DNA of 64,000 nt, from the NCBI GenBank assembly GCA_965153355.1, contig OZ231126.1:44516001-44580000 (forward strand), in the 5' to 3' direction. The notes under the pieces are model-generated. The model searched no databases and was not told where the DNA came from. It was given only the letters and a program-made list of their open reading frames with translations. Positions 1-33,996 of this stretch are shown here, piece after piece; within the stretch, counting starts at the first letter, position 1, and each line of letters begins with the position of its first letter. Source of the stretch: Flaccisagitta enflata (lineage: Eukaryota). A program made the position numbers and the translations under genes.

Positions 1-49
1 TGTTAGCCTGATTATCTGTCTCTGTATGTCATTCTTTCGTTCTTTCGTT

Positions 50-177
<128 letters not shown>

Positions 178-326
178 CACACCGGTTTTCCCTCTCTTAC
201 TTTCTCCTCTTCATTACTTTTCTCTCTCCTCTTGAAACGCGACTGTCGCCAAAGAAATAGCAGAAATAAAAATTTGAAAGAAAGGAAAAGAAAAAAATTG
301 GCATCGGATCCATCAACGTGATGGAA

Positions 327-384
<58 letters not shown>

Positions 385-954
385 CGTGAAAGAGACTCAT
401 GATGAAATGGAGACAATTAGCGTCACCGATTTAAGTTTTATCCGTTTCTGTGACGTCATGCTGTCTGTCTCTTGATTATCAATCTCTTGGAATGGTGTTT
501 GATATTTCCTCTAATAAAAATGATAGCCTTACTTAGTTCAGCTAGCCTTACTTAGTTCGGCTCATTTCACATGCATTTTTTACGTATATTTTACCAATTT
601 GTTCTGTCTCATTTTTTGTGTGTTTGTGTTATTGTTGTTGATTTTTTTGTAACGTCTTCTGTTCCATCACACCCCCAAAGCGGAAACAGCACCGCCTAGC
701 AGCTAGCAGGCCGTAAAAGTTGATTGGTGCAAGATACATTTACTACCATGAGCTATGTGTACAATCTACATATAAAGTACCATTTTTTTCTAACACTACT
801 GATTTTTCTATTCTACTGTGATCATTTGTATACATTTGTTCATTTCTGGTTTTGGCTGCGATGTTTTTCTCCTCATTAACTTCAACCGCGGCCAGATGGT
901 TGATCTGTAAAAAAGAACGAATACAACACCTCAATTCTGCGGATGTCTGTTACG

Positions 955-1016
<62 letters not shown>

Positions 1017-1249
1017 AGTGAGAGATACATTTGAAATTTTCAACTAAAGAACAGAATCGCACGGCCTCAAATAGATAAGCCGGGATTCAGATTCTGGCTG
1101 GCTAATGTTACGCGAATAACGTCATAACCGTCAATATAGATAATATTGATACTGTCTGTTTTCATTTTCTTAACTTGTTGTGTTCCACGATAGTGGAACA
1201 CTAAGTATTCAAAAATTCTCCGTCCATCCCAGTTTTTTCCTATGTAAAA

Positions 1250-3477
1250 ATGTATGTCACGCAACCCAGTTTTCTCCAATGTATGTCACACAGCCCAGAA
1301 TTCTCCGATGTATGTCACACAGCCCAGAATTCTCCGATGTATGTCACACCACCCAGTTTTCTCCGATGTATGTCACACCACCCAGTTTTCTTCCATGTAT
1401 GTCACACAGCCCAGAATTCTCCGATGTATGTCACACCACCCAGTTTTCTCCGATGTATGTCACATAGCCCAGAATTCTCCAATGTATGTCACACCACCCA
1501 GTTTTCTCCGATGTATGTCACACAGCCCAGAATTCTCCAATGTATGTCACACAGCCCAGAATTCTCCGATGTATGTCACACCACCCAGTTTTCTCCGATG
1601 TATGTCACACAGCTTAGAATTCTCCGATGTATGTCACACCACCCAGTTTTCTCAGATGTATGTCACACAGCCCAGAATTATCCGATGTATGTCACACCAC
1701 CCAGTTTTCTCTGATGTATGTCACATAACCCAGAATTCTCCAATGTATGTCACACCACCCAGTTTTTTCCGATGTATGTCACACAGCCCAGAATTCTCTG
1801 ATGTATGTCACACCACCCAGTTTTCTCCGATGCATGTCACACAACCCAGAATTCTACAATGTATGTCACACAACCCAATCTTCTCCGATGTATGTCACAC
1901 AGCCCAGAATTCTCCAATGTATGTCACACCACCCAGTTTTCTCCGATGTATGTCACATAGCCCAGAATTCTCCAATGTATGTCACACCACCCAGTTTTCT
2001 CCGATGTATGCCACACAGTCCAGAATTCTCCGCTGTATGTCACACCACCCAGTTTTCTCCGCTGTATGTCACACAGCCCAGAATTTTCCGATGTATGTCA
2101 CACAGCCCAGAATTCTCCGATGTATGTCACACCACCCAGTTTTCTCCGATGTATGTCACACAGCTTAGAATTCTCCGATGTATGTCACACCACCCAGTTT
2201 TCTCCAATGTATGTCACACAGCCCAGAATTCTCCAATGTATGTCACACCACCCAGTTTTCTCCAATGTATGTCACATAGCCCAGAATTCTCCGATGTATG
2301 TCACACCACCCAGTTTTCTCTGATGTATGTCACACAGCCCAGAATTCTCCGATGCATGTCACACAGCCCAGAATTCTCCGATGTATGTCACACCACCCAG
2401 TTTTCTCCGATGTATGTCACACAGCTTAGAATTCTCCAATGTATGTCACACCACCCATTTTTCTCTGATGTATGTCACACAGCCCAGAATTCTCCGATGT
2501 ATGTCACACCACCCAGTTTTCTCCGATGTATGTCACATAGCCCAGAATTCTCCGATGTATGTCACACCACCCAGTTTTCTCTGATGTATGTCACACAACC
2601 CAGAATTCTCCAATGTATGTCACACAACCCAATCTTCTCCGATGTATGTCAATTCAATTCAATTCAATTCAAACAGTTTATTTCCCCGAAGGCGCATATA
2701 ACAGCAATATGGCGATAGATCAGCGGGGGAGGACCATGCTTAAGCCCTTCATGTCAAATAATGATATACTATCCATGTTTCAGTTAAGGACATCGACGGG
2801 CTTGTTCATGTCGACCCTCGTGATTTCAATTACAAATGCAGGATACAGATGAGACAAAAACAGAAAACACATAATGCACAAGATCACATAAAAATCAGAA
2901 AACAATTAAATAGTGTCACACAGCCCAGAATTCTCCAATGTATGTCACACCACCCAGTTTTCTCCAATGTATGTCACATAGCCCAGAATTCTCCAATGTG
3001 TGTCACACAACCCAGTTTTCTCCAATGTATGTCACAAAGTCCAGAATTCTCCGATGTATGTCACACCACCCAGTTTTCTCAGATGTATGTCACACAGCCC
3101 AGAATTCTCCTATGTATGTCACACAGCCCAGAATGCTCCGATATATGTCACACAATTCAAAATTCTCCCATGTATGTCACAAGACCCAGTTTTCTCTGAT
3201 GTATGTCACACAGTCCAGAATTCTCTGATATAAGTCACACCACCCAGTTTTTCTCCAATGTATGTCACACAGCCCTATATTCTTTGATGTATGTCACACT
3301 ACCCAGTTTGTTCCCATGTATGAAAGTTGGACAACATTACTACTCAACCCTACTTTACTTAGGGATGAGAGCCTTTGGAGCTCTCACTGGTGTTAAATCC
3401 GGAGCCATCACAACTATCCTTAGTATGTCACACAGCCCTGTATTCCTCAATGTATGTCACACAACCCCGCTTTCTCC
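1250..3477. repeat. 29-bp tandem satellite with two alternating variants (58-bp higher-order unit), roughly 60 or more copies
   Basis: A = ATGTATGTCACACAGCCCAGAATTCTCCG, B = ATGTATGTCACACCACCCAGTTTTCTCCG, mostly ABAB. Confidence 0.95.
2652..2913 (-). mobile_element. Non-LTR retroelement 3' tail inserted in the satellite
   Basis: Minus strand ends AATAAA...(TTGAA)4; flanked by duplicated TGTCA; interrupts the 29-bp array in register. Confidence 0.6.
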
Positions 3478-3524
3478 TCACACACATATACACACACACA
3501 CACATGCACACACACACACACATT

Positions 3525-3711
3525 CACAAGCGGCAGTGGGACCGCCCAAAGGCGGCAGTGGGACCACCCACAGGTGGCAGTGGGACCGTCCACAGGTGGC
3601 AGTGGGGCCGCCGACAGGCGGCAGTGGGACCGCCCACAGGCGGAAGTGAGGCTGCCCATAGGCGGCAGTGAGGTCGCCCATGGATGGTAATTAGGCCGCC
3701 CACAGGCGGCC
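3525..3711. repeat. GC-rich 22-bp minisatellite (CACAGGCGGCAGTGGGACCGCC), about 8 copies
   Basis: Directly visible tandem units ending in the hairpin GGCCGCC-CACA-GGCGGCC. Confidence 0.85.
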
Positions 3712-3956
3712 ATTATCTACAACACCGATTTTTCTAGTTATCATTACTAGATTTATTTTATGAATTATTGCCTTTCTTTTTCACGCCAAATCAAGTTTTC
3801 GTGGAACACAATATGGCGAACGCCACTAGTTATATGATGCTTTCGACCTTTCCATAGATGGCGGTTTTCCAGTTTTATATCGATTTTATCTCTATCTTAG
3901 TGCGCCAGTAAATACGAAACATTGGGACTCAACAGCTCAGTTCAGATCCCCACATG

Positions 3957-20649
<16,693 letters not shown>

Positions 20650-20897
20650 CCACTAACCTCAAAAAAATTTTTGGTGGAAATTATGGTAATGAATAAGATT
20701 CTTGGTTTGCGTCTCCTATGCCGTAATTAGTGGCGAAGAAATAACCGCAATGTAGACCACGATGGTAATGATGGTTTATGCCTCTTGCGCCTCTTGTCTC
20801 CAATGGGGAGAACAAGTGGGAGATGATGATGAACATCATATCTGAGAACTGCCAGGTTATCGACAGAAGCACAATTCGACGCGCGTGGTCGCACATG

Positions 20898-20929
<32 letters not shown>

Positions 20930-21533
20930 AAGAGAAAAAAAAAGAATCAAGAAAAAAGAATGAATAAATGAAAGAAAGATAGAAAGACAAAATGAGATAA
21001 GGGAAGGAGAAGATATCATAATGAAAGTAAGAAGGTAGGATAGACAAAAATCCAGACCAAACAGACAGTATAAACCTCTAGAATCGAAGCCACGCCACGG
21101 GTCTGAATCCTCAGGGATTCTTTTTCTTTTCTTTCTTTTGCTCAGGGAGAAAAACCGAATTCTAATTTGAAAACCCCAAATGAGGATCAAAAATTAAGGC
21201 TAATGTTTCAAGCTGCGAAAATCTGCAGACTTCATGCGGCCAAAATGGGAAATGAGACGCGAGTAATTTCCTCTTCCACAATTCAAATTTTCTCATTTGG
21301 AAGCAGAAAAGAAAAAAGGGGAAAGAAGGAAAAAGAGAATAAAAGAAAAGATAGAAAGAAAACCAACAACGTGAAAAAGACTTCATTTTTACTAGATCAC
21401 CCATAAATACAAATCAAATCATCAATTTTAGCTGCGCAACCACACCTTGTCCTTACACAGTACCATCACACTGATCTATTTAACCCTTACAATGACCCCA
21501 TGACTTTCTCTCATGTTGCCGTCATCCCAAATA

Positions 21534-22034
21534 CACTTTTTTTTTTTTTTTTATAAGAACCAAGTTTATAAGAACGTTAGGCTTCAAATCGTCAAAAATT
21601 TAAGAACATGCTAAGAACATTAGAAGGCTTCATTTCTTGAAAAAATTAAGAACATTAGGCTTGAAATCTTAAAAATCTAAGAACATTTTTTTTCTGTTTT
21701 TTTTTAATCAATTGTTCTTTGTAAATGGACAGACCCCATATCTTTTCTGTTCAGCAAATCATGTCTCACTTTATATAGCATATTTTTTTCTACTTTCATT
21801 GATCTTAATTCATTTAAAATGTTTAAATCTACTTCTTTATTGTTTCATTGACATTTTCCTTCATTTTCTCCTTAATGACCAACTTAAAACTAATTAAGAA
21901 CGTTCTTAATTGAAGGCTAAAAAGTGCGTTTGAATTAAGAACAATTTAAGAACGTTCAAGCCTTGAAACTGCTGAAAATTCAAGAACATTGAAGGCTTGC
22001 TCAAAAAATGACGTTCTTATAAAAAAAAAAAGTG
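21534..22034. mobile_element. TA-flanked MITE (Tc1/mariner-like), uninterrupted copy
   Basis: TIR CAC(T)nATAAGAAC, TA on both sides, repeated TAAGAAC motifs; homologous to 57331-60156. Confidence 0.75.
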
Positions 22035-22410
22035 TAGCCCCACATTCCCCTTCCCTCACCTCCTCAAAGTAGTAAGAATAAAACGTTAATTGCAAATTTA
22101 AATTTCATGAATACCGAATGATAATAGTCCCATGTTATTGTAACATTGTAACGCAATACATTGAAAATGGGCATGTGCTACTACGTATCGTCGCTTTTAT
22201 CGCGGTGCATTCCAGGGGACTAACGTGTAAACACAGAAAAAGCAGATTCGTAAAACGCTCTGAAACTAGACAAACATTCTTGGTACAACGCGGTCCAATT
22301 TCGAGAAGGATATTTTAAATCCAATGTTTCATATCCGTTCTTTAAATTCGTATTGTCCACGCGCTGACAGGCCTAATGTTTAAAACAAGTGACGCCGTCG
22401 CGAGTTCATT

Positions 22411-26116
<3,706 letters not shown>

Positions 26117-26956
26117 TTCGCAAATGGAAAAACCTTTCGGACGCTCATATTCGGTACTTGACTTTTCCTTTTGCACGATCCATTGAGCATTTTGGTAAAC
26201 TAAGTGTTAAAATGCATCGCCACTTAATTTAGACTTTTATTCCTCTAGAGGCATTAGCCTGATCGAAAATAAGAGATCAAATGCATCGACATTTTGTATG
26301 CGACCTGTTTCAAGTCACGTTCAGTCAATAACTGGCTTTCGTGGACTTGCTCTTTGATTCATCGGTCCAACATGTTAAAAAGCCAAACCAATAGCTATAT
26401 GCAGCTTCACATTTCCCTCGCGCGGATTCCCTGTCCAAGTTAGGAGAACTTACCACAAGGATTGAAAGAATTGGATAAAGATTAAGGTTTTTTTTTCTTT
26501 TTTTTTGTAAAATTGTTTGACGAATGTCAAAAGTGTTACAGCATCAGTGGGCAATAAGATTATCATTCATTTAAAAAAACTGAAAAATTGATAAGATAAT
26601 AGACTTTAATTGCGAGTAAAACAATTTGCGTCATTCCAAATCTTTGCATTGATAATGCATGAGTCAAATACGTAGAAGAGAAGTTATCAAAAGGCTCAAA
26701 AATGGATGATAATTCAATAAATGTTCATGGTTTCAGTTCTTATGTACTTAAATCGTGCAAGCATGACTGGGCTACTTTTCAAGTTGCGATCAACGCGTTA
26801 ATGTGAACGATAACAAAAAGGAAACTGACGCCATGAATAACCATTAAATCATTTTACGTATATAATATAACATGGCTGAATTCTTTTGTGTCATTGTTCC
26901 TCGCCTATTGTCCAAGTTTAGACATGCCTGATTTGATTTTGAATGAGTTTTGAAAG

Positions 26957-27163
26957 AAACAGGGTCGGATACACGGCTACCCTTATCGCGTGCGAGTGGG
27001 CAGGGGCATTGATGGAGAAGGTCCCGGGGGCAAGTGGGCAGGAGCAGTGAGCTAAAAACACTGAAAAACGCCGAAAAAGTATAAAGGGGACCGACCGACC
27101 GACCGACTGACCGCCGGAAGGACGGACGGAAAAAGCGGGGTGTAGAGTCGCGTAGCACGACTA
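26957..27163 (-). mobile_element. HINE/DINE-1-like element, family A
   Basis: Reverse-complement copy of the 47576-47775 type. Confidence 0.6.
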
Positions 27164-27239
27164 TATTCCCGTTTACAGATTAACTATCTACATATCCATC
27201 CGACAATCAGACTGTTTGTCTGCGTGTGTGTGTGTGTGT

Positions 27240-27349
<110 letters not shown>

Positions 27350-27755
27350 ATACCCAAATTTCAAAACTTATACACTCGAAAATTAAGAGAGAGAGTGAGA
27401 CTCTCTTTCGGATGCTCATTTGTTTTCATAAAACTAATGAGAGTAATCAGCAGCGTCGCTTTTTCGGGGGAGAAGGAACGAGTAACGCCATCTTACGCCA
27501 TTTCGCCGCATTAGCGCAAGAAACAAGAAGGAAGGAAGCTGCCGCCGCCGCCGCCGACGGGCGGTGTTGCCAAGCCGGACTGACGCCAAGACCTTTACAA
27601 AACTGTCAAAAAATCCCGCCAAATGTTTGTAGCGCCGCAATCAAATGCCGCGTTCGTGGTGGCGGAAGAGGCGGCGGAGGCGGCGGCAGCGACACAAGAG
27701 GCGGTGGTGGCGGCTGTTGGGATGGTGCCAGGCGCCAATTAAAGTTCCGAGCGCG

Positions 27756-27856
<101 letters not shown>

Positions 27857-28896
27857 GAGAATTAAGGAGAGCAAAATCGAAAGGATTTATACGCTAAAAT
27901 TTTTGAATCGTCAAAAAATGCCGCATTAATGTTGGAAATTGCCAAAGGAGAGAGATTTTTCAAAAATGAATTTAGAATGTGAAGGAAAGGGAAAGCATGA
28001 ATTGGCTTTGGGTGGGGTTTGGGGTGTGACAATTAGGATGAATATGAGAATTAGAGGAGGGATCAAAGCAAATTAGCTGAACCGACCTTAACAAAAATGT
28101 AATAGAAAGTTTTTTGGTGGTTCCATGTTCCTCAAGGGTTACTTTATCAAGTAAAAAAAAGTTGACCAACATATCGGCAAGACAATTTTTTTTATCGGGG
28201 GGAAAAAAGTTGAAGCCGATCTTCGACTTTTTGACATATTTCAGAGAGTTTTAATTTTCTTGTGTGAAAGTTGAGTATCTCATCCAGGCAAATGCGCCTT
28301 CCAATGAAATTAATAGGGTAAGTAAATTTGATAATTCTCTTTCATTTGGCGCCAAGTAGAACTCTCTATAACAAATAGTTTTTGCATTATGATTTTTTAA
28401 AGATTTATTTTTGAAAAATTCAAATTGATTTTTTCCTCGATTTTTTATGATTTTATGTAGGATCAATAAAGGAGTGTATCTATGTTTGTTTGAGCATGCA
28501 AATACAAGAAAATCTTTTTTGAGCATAGCTGCTCATCTGTCAGGGTGTTTTTTAGTATTCTAGCTCATTTAGCTCATTTAGCTCAGTTTCTTTTTTATTT
28601 TAAATGGGATTGATAGATAAATGTTTTGATGCTCACCCGCTTCATTTAGCTCTCATTTAGCTCATTTAGCTCAGTTTCTTTTTTTTTAAATGGGATTGAT
28701 AGATAAATGTTTTGATGCTCACCCGTTTTTGAGTAATCTAGCTCATTTAGCTCATTTTGCTCAGTTTTTTTCTGATTTCAAATGGAATTAATGAATAGAT
28801 ATTTGGACACGTGTTTGAGCGTGCAAATACAAAAAAAGCATGTCAGTGAGCATAACTGGTTGTTTTGATAAATGATTTTAAGTATTCTAGCTTATC

Positions 28897-29749
28897 TATG
28901 ATTCAAATGATTGGACTTTTTTGTACAACATGAAAAAATTTTTATATTCACAAATATTTGAGGAATACATTCCCCTTTGTCAGGTGAACAGAAAAAAGGA
29001 AATACATAGAGACAAGAGAAGACATAAACGAAAGATGAGGATGAGAATGAGGAGGATGAGGATGAAGAAGATGAGCAAAAGAGAGAGAGGACTGACTGAC
29101 CCAAGGATCAGTCAGGGGTGTCCCTGCCGGCTCTCTCAAGGAACGCTCTCCGCCTTGTGGTCATGTGATGCTGCTGCTGCTGTTGACATTGCTGCTGCTG
29201 CTGCAGCTGCTGTTGCTGCTGCTGCTGCTGTTGCTGCTGCGGCTGTTGTTGTTGCTGCTGCGGCTGTTGTTGTTACTGCTGCGGCTGTTGTTGCTGCTGC
29301 GGCTGTTGTAGTTGCTGCGGCTGTTGCTGCTGAGACATGACGAGTATCGGGATGGTTTGGGATGATGACGTGGAGTTTGCCTTTCTTGGACGACCAGGTC
29401 GTCTCGGGGCTGTGTCCAATAAGTCCTTGGTTGTTGGATAATGTTTCCTGACCGTGAATGGCTGTCTAACGGCTTTGGAGAGGATGGGGTTGTAGTCAGG
29501 AGGTAGTGTGTGTTGACCTGGGTGCTCGTTGATGGAGGGTTTGAGAACTCTTATGGCCGCATTCTCCATTACCCCTCGGCGAAACCAATCATCGTCGCAG
29601 GCGATCACCTCACCTCACCTCACCTTGCATTGACCGGGACAACGAAGAGCAGTGGAGAAGTGCTCATCTACCCATGACTTAAGGGTCCGGCTTAGTGAAT
29701 GTAAGAATTTTCTGATGTTGAACGAAAAAGTCCAATCATTTGAATCATG
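28897..29749. mobile_element. Element with about 55-bp inverted repeats nested in Academ and itself containing a Penelope fragment
   Basis: ATGATTCAAATGATTGGACTTTTT at 28898 is the reverse complement of AAAAAGTCCAATCATTTGAATCAT ending at 29748; no clear TSD. Confidence 0.55.
29090..29695 (-). mobile_element. Penelope-like retroelement 3' fragment (GIY-YIG endonuclease remnant) with (CAG)n tract
   Basis: Minus-strand peptides SRTLKSWVDEH and DDDWFRRGVMENAAIRVLKPSINEHPGQHTLPPDYNPIL resemble the Penelope GIY-YIG C-terminus; boundaries approximate. Confidence 0.65.
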
Positions 29750-30038
29750 CTGAATCTACAACCATCCAACTTCCATTCAAACTAGCTTATCTAGCTTATT
29801 TTGCTCAGTTCTATTTCTTCCAATTTTCAGTGCAATGAATTCATACAATAATTTTTGATTTGATATAACAAATGAAAAAAGACTGAAGACAAAAGCTTGG
29901 TGAAAAGTGACCAATGCTTACAACTTTTTTCCTCACGGCAACAGCCGCCATTACTGGTAGAATTCCCGAATTTTTATGATATCCTGTGATTGATTGAAAA
30001 TTTTTGAGCAAGATTAGTTTAAAAAAAGTTTAAAAAAA

Positions 30039-31682
30039 GATACACAGCTTGTAGCTGAATTCTTGCATGAAAGAAATCCATTTGAGTATGGAAATATTTT
30101 TTGCAACATTGCCAATCATGTTCATGCAAACCCATCAGTCAATTGCGACAATGCTCAAGCCATTGGTGAAAGCATTTTAGAAAAGATGGTTGGAGAGGAA
30201 GTAAGTGATTTTTCTTTTAAGAGGAAAGATCAGGCAGTAACCATGGGTAGCAAAAATGGTGTCAAAGTCGATGGAGTAATTGTGCAGTTTGAGCCACATA
30301 TCTTGTTTCAAAAACTTGCTGTTGCAGCTGAGAGGACTGACAATATTGATCCAGAAACTATTTTCAAGCATGAATTAACAACCATCCCCAAGGCTCTTGC
30401 TGAAACGCCGGAATTACTTCACGAGGCCCAAAAGTCCACTCTTGCAGATACAATATGGTCAGCTGTAAATCAAAATACAGTTTCCATTCCTGATGATGTC
30501 AGGTTTGTACTCGATGGAGGCGCTTTGCTGCACAGAATTCCATGGTCATGAGGTGCTTCCTATGGAAGCATCTTAGAAACATACAGCAAGTATGTTGCTA
30601 CCAATTATGGTAAAGCTGTGGTTGTTTCCAATGGATATAAAGAATTTACAACCAAAGATATGACTCATAAACGCTGTTTGAAGGGAAAAAAAGGAGTTAG
30701 CATCACATTCAGTTTGGATATGAATCTAACTGTCACAAAAGAGGTATTCCTCAGTGACTCAAAAAACAAACAACAATTCATTGACTTTCTTGGCACCAAA
30801 CTCACTAATCAAGGCTGCCAGGTTTTTTATGAGGAAGCAGATGCAGACCTTCTCATTGTCCAAAAGGCAATTGAGTCAGCATCCTCAATGGATACAGTTT
30901 TGATTGGAGATGACACAGATTTACTTGTCCTCCTGTTACATCATTTGCCTCAATATGGCAAACATATTTTCTTTACTTCAGATCGCAAGAAAAATACTAA
31001 AGGACAAGTGTGGAATATTAAAGAGGTCAGAGCACTTGGCACTTTTTTATGCAAACACATACCATTTTTGCATGCATTTTTAGGATGTGACACAACATCT
31101 TGTTTATTTGGCATTGGAAAAGGCTCCATCATCAAAAAATTCAGAGAAAACAAATCTCTCCAGCAAGCTGCAATAGTCTTTGACAATCCAAATGCCACTC
31201 AGGCCCAGATAGATCATGCTGGTGAAGCAGCATTTGTTGTTATGTACAATGGGAAGAAATCAGATACCTTAGATGGACTGCGATACAAGAAGTATTGCGA
31301 CAAAGTTGCCACAAGCTTGACATACGTGGACCCTAAAGTTCTGCCTCCCACCTCTGCTGCTGCTAAGTTTCATAGCAGGCGAGTCTTCCTGCAAACAAAT
31401 CAATGGGAGGACCCCCAATGTGATTTGATAGCAGAGGAGTGGGGATGGGTCCGCAAAGATACTGGGTTGCATCCAGTACTGACAGATATGCCACCAGCCC
31501 CTGCTAAGCTTTTAAAGATCATTCGATGCAATTATACCACTGATTGTGCAACTGCAAGATGCACTTGCAAGAAACATGGAATGAAATGTTCAATGGCTTG
31601 TGGGCATTGTAGAGGCTCCTCATGTTCAATTACCAGCACCTATGTAGAAGATGAAGATGAGAGTGATTCTGAAGAAGACTAG
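30039..31682 (+). pseudogene. Disrupted AcademX ORF: XPG/PIN-like nuclease domain plus C-terminal CXC/Cys8 zinc finger
   Basis: ORFs 30063-30551 and 30618-31682 share one frame split by a single TGA. Motifs LDGGALL, EADADLL, DDTDLLVLL, HAFLGCDTTS, CTCKKHGMKCSMACGHC. The expected VFDGY reads VSNGY and the N-terminal transposase is missing. Confidence 0.75.
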
Positions 31683-33824
31683 ATCTAAAATGTAATCGCT
31701 TTCATGACAATTAATGTAAAGTTTTTTCTTAATACTTGTATTACAATTTTCTCTATTGCAATGTGGGATTTCCATTGTCTGAGACACAGTATGGATGCTG
31801 AAGCTTCTGGTGATCATTTCATGAGCTAGCTATTTTGAGCCATCGTTTTCATTGATAGAAAATTTTGGTTCAAACTTAAACATTATATTATGAAAATTAA
31901 GTTGTTGATAGGCTGTTCAGGTCACCTATATAATCTTTCTTTTGGTCAATCCTCATAAAAATATTAGGGATGAATACAAATATAAGATTAAGAGATTGTA
32001 TACAAAGATTTTTTATACTTTTGTACATGTTTCAAAATTTTCTATATATGAATATTTACCATTTTCGCCATATTTTTCATGCATTTACATATGGCCCAAC
32101 CAGCGCCATTACAGAGTTCAAACCTTGGTCAACTTTTTTTCTTAGCTTAGTGCAACCCATGTAGGGAGCAAAACCGCAAAAAAACTCTCTATTACATTTT
32201 TGTTAGGGTGGATTTTGTAATATCCCTCCTCTAAATTGGTATGATTAGTTTACGGCAAGAGCATTTGTCCATGAATATACCATGTGGCCCTTGGTGTATA
32301 TGGTTTTAGGTAATAGAATCGTTGGCATAGAATGGCATTAAACTGTTATTTTGTGCAAGAAAATGAGTAAGGTTGAATCATTTTACAATTTTTGATATAG
32401 GTCCATGGTTGGACATTCATTTAGAGGACAAAACATAAGTGTCAGAGTACAAAATGGACTCAAAAGGGCAGTTTTTAGATTTCCAGGAAAATGGCGTCAA
32501 AATGTTTTTTCTTTGGCCTCATATTTGATGAAAAAAATTGAGGCAATTTAATGAGACCCACACCTGAAATGAACACCCAATTGCTAGAAAAACATAAAAA
32601 AAGGTGCAGAAAATATCTTCTAGGAATTTTTGTCAATGAAAACAACAGATAAAGACTTCCATTTTTGTGGCGCCAAGGCCCATAAGCAATTCTATTCCCT
32701 AATCCTAATCAGGGTTGTTTGAGGTCTGACTCAAACTCTGGTTCAGGAGAGCATGTTCGTATAAGACGTTTGATAGGAAGGGATGGCTTACTTCTGAAAA
32801 GAGACTCTCACTTGAAATGCCAGTTGGCCAAACCTGCTGCTCGCCCTTCTCAACCTCTCGATGCACAAACCTTTGTTCTCGTTGTTGCCGTGTTTGCATT
32901 TGCCATTTCCTCCAACTTTTTAAGTGTATATATTTTCTCAAAAGAAAACTGGCCTCTTTCGCCCTTCGCTTGGCTTTTGTCCGGCCTTTTGTCGGCCGAA
33001 GTACCTTTTGTTTGCCCGCCATAAAACTTTAATGCATTCCTTTCGCCATCTTTTAGCCTTTGAGCATTCTTTATTCAGACTCTCTGTTTGGAAGGTTTAT
33101 GCCCCACGGGCGTTGACCTGGACCCGGCTCGGAAGAACTTCAGTGAAGCTCACCCGTCCGTTTCAGCGAATCATTGCACGAATATAAAACCACACTCGAC
33201 CAGGAAACTAAGACCCAACTTGACATAAGAAAAATGAAAAAAAAAAAGAAGCAATTGTGGCAGCTAAAACAACCTTTACCAGGCTATCACGGCTTTATAG
33301 CTATAAAAGGAGCTACACCCAAAAGGCCATAACTTCGTTGTATTATAAGTAGAGCTTTCCTGCGTAGATCGTGTGCCCCTCTTTTAAAGTTGCTCCTTGC
33401 TCGTTTAAGGAGATGTTGCTCTCTCATTATCAAATGCAGTGAAAGTGGGGAAATCATATTTCATAATTTTTTTCTGTTGCTCCATTTTTTCTTGCATCAA
33501 GAACCCCGCTCTAACGGACCCGTGAGTAACGGAATTCTGCCAATAGCGAATGCTAATTAAAAGCAATTCAAAGTTAAATTCTTTTTTTTCTTCAAAAGCT
33601 CTAAAAGAATTCTGCCTGTAACAGAAATAACATCTTGATCTGTTGAAATTCATTAGAGTGGGATGTAACTGTTGTTTAAATTGTTAATAGAAGAAGAATG
33701 AAAAATAAAGCGACAAATAGCGAAGTTAAGAAGCATAGAATATATATCTCCATCTATTCATGACATCGTACCTGCAGAAATACACTGTTCAATACCATTG
33801 AAGTTTCTGGTAGGCTTAAAGCTA

Positions 33825-33996
33825 CAGTTGAACCCCGCTCTAACGGACCCGCCACCAACGGAATTCCGCCTATAATAGATACATATTCATGGTCAAGTTA
33901 ATTTCTTTTATTTCCTTTGTTGGCAATAACAGAAGTCCGCCTATAACAGAAGAAAACTGTTGGTCCCCTGAAATCCGTTAGAGCGGGGTTCAACTG
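33825..33996. mobile_element. 172-bp Tigger/pogo-like MITE
   Basis: TIR CAGTTGAACCCCGCTCTAACGGA with TA TSD; related decayed copies near 9619-9780, 33500-33670 and 45520-45700. Confidence 0.75.

Larger units (their letters stand above)
28052..32233 (+). mobile_element. Internally deleted AcademX-type DNA transposon
   Basis: TIRs start TAGAGGAGGGAT and end ATCCCTCCTCTA, with further imperfect inverted similarity over about 110 bp; 3-bp TSD AAT; encodes an XPG/PIN-like nuclease plus Cys-rich C-terminus, the known AcademX signature. Confidence 0.8.

Noticed and set aside
180-950. Possible minus-strand exons at the window start
   Set aside because: Splice signals are plausible but the peptides are unrecognisable and the model is incomplete.
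1250-3477. CRISPR-like array or long repetitive ORFs (304 and 323 aa)
   Set aside because: Units are head-to-tail with only two recurring variants, no unique spacers and no cas genes; the ORFs arise because the 29-bp unit lacks stops.
32705-33187. Short ORFs downstream of Academ
   Set aside because: No recognisable domain; probably decayed TE sequence.
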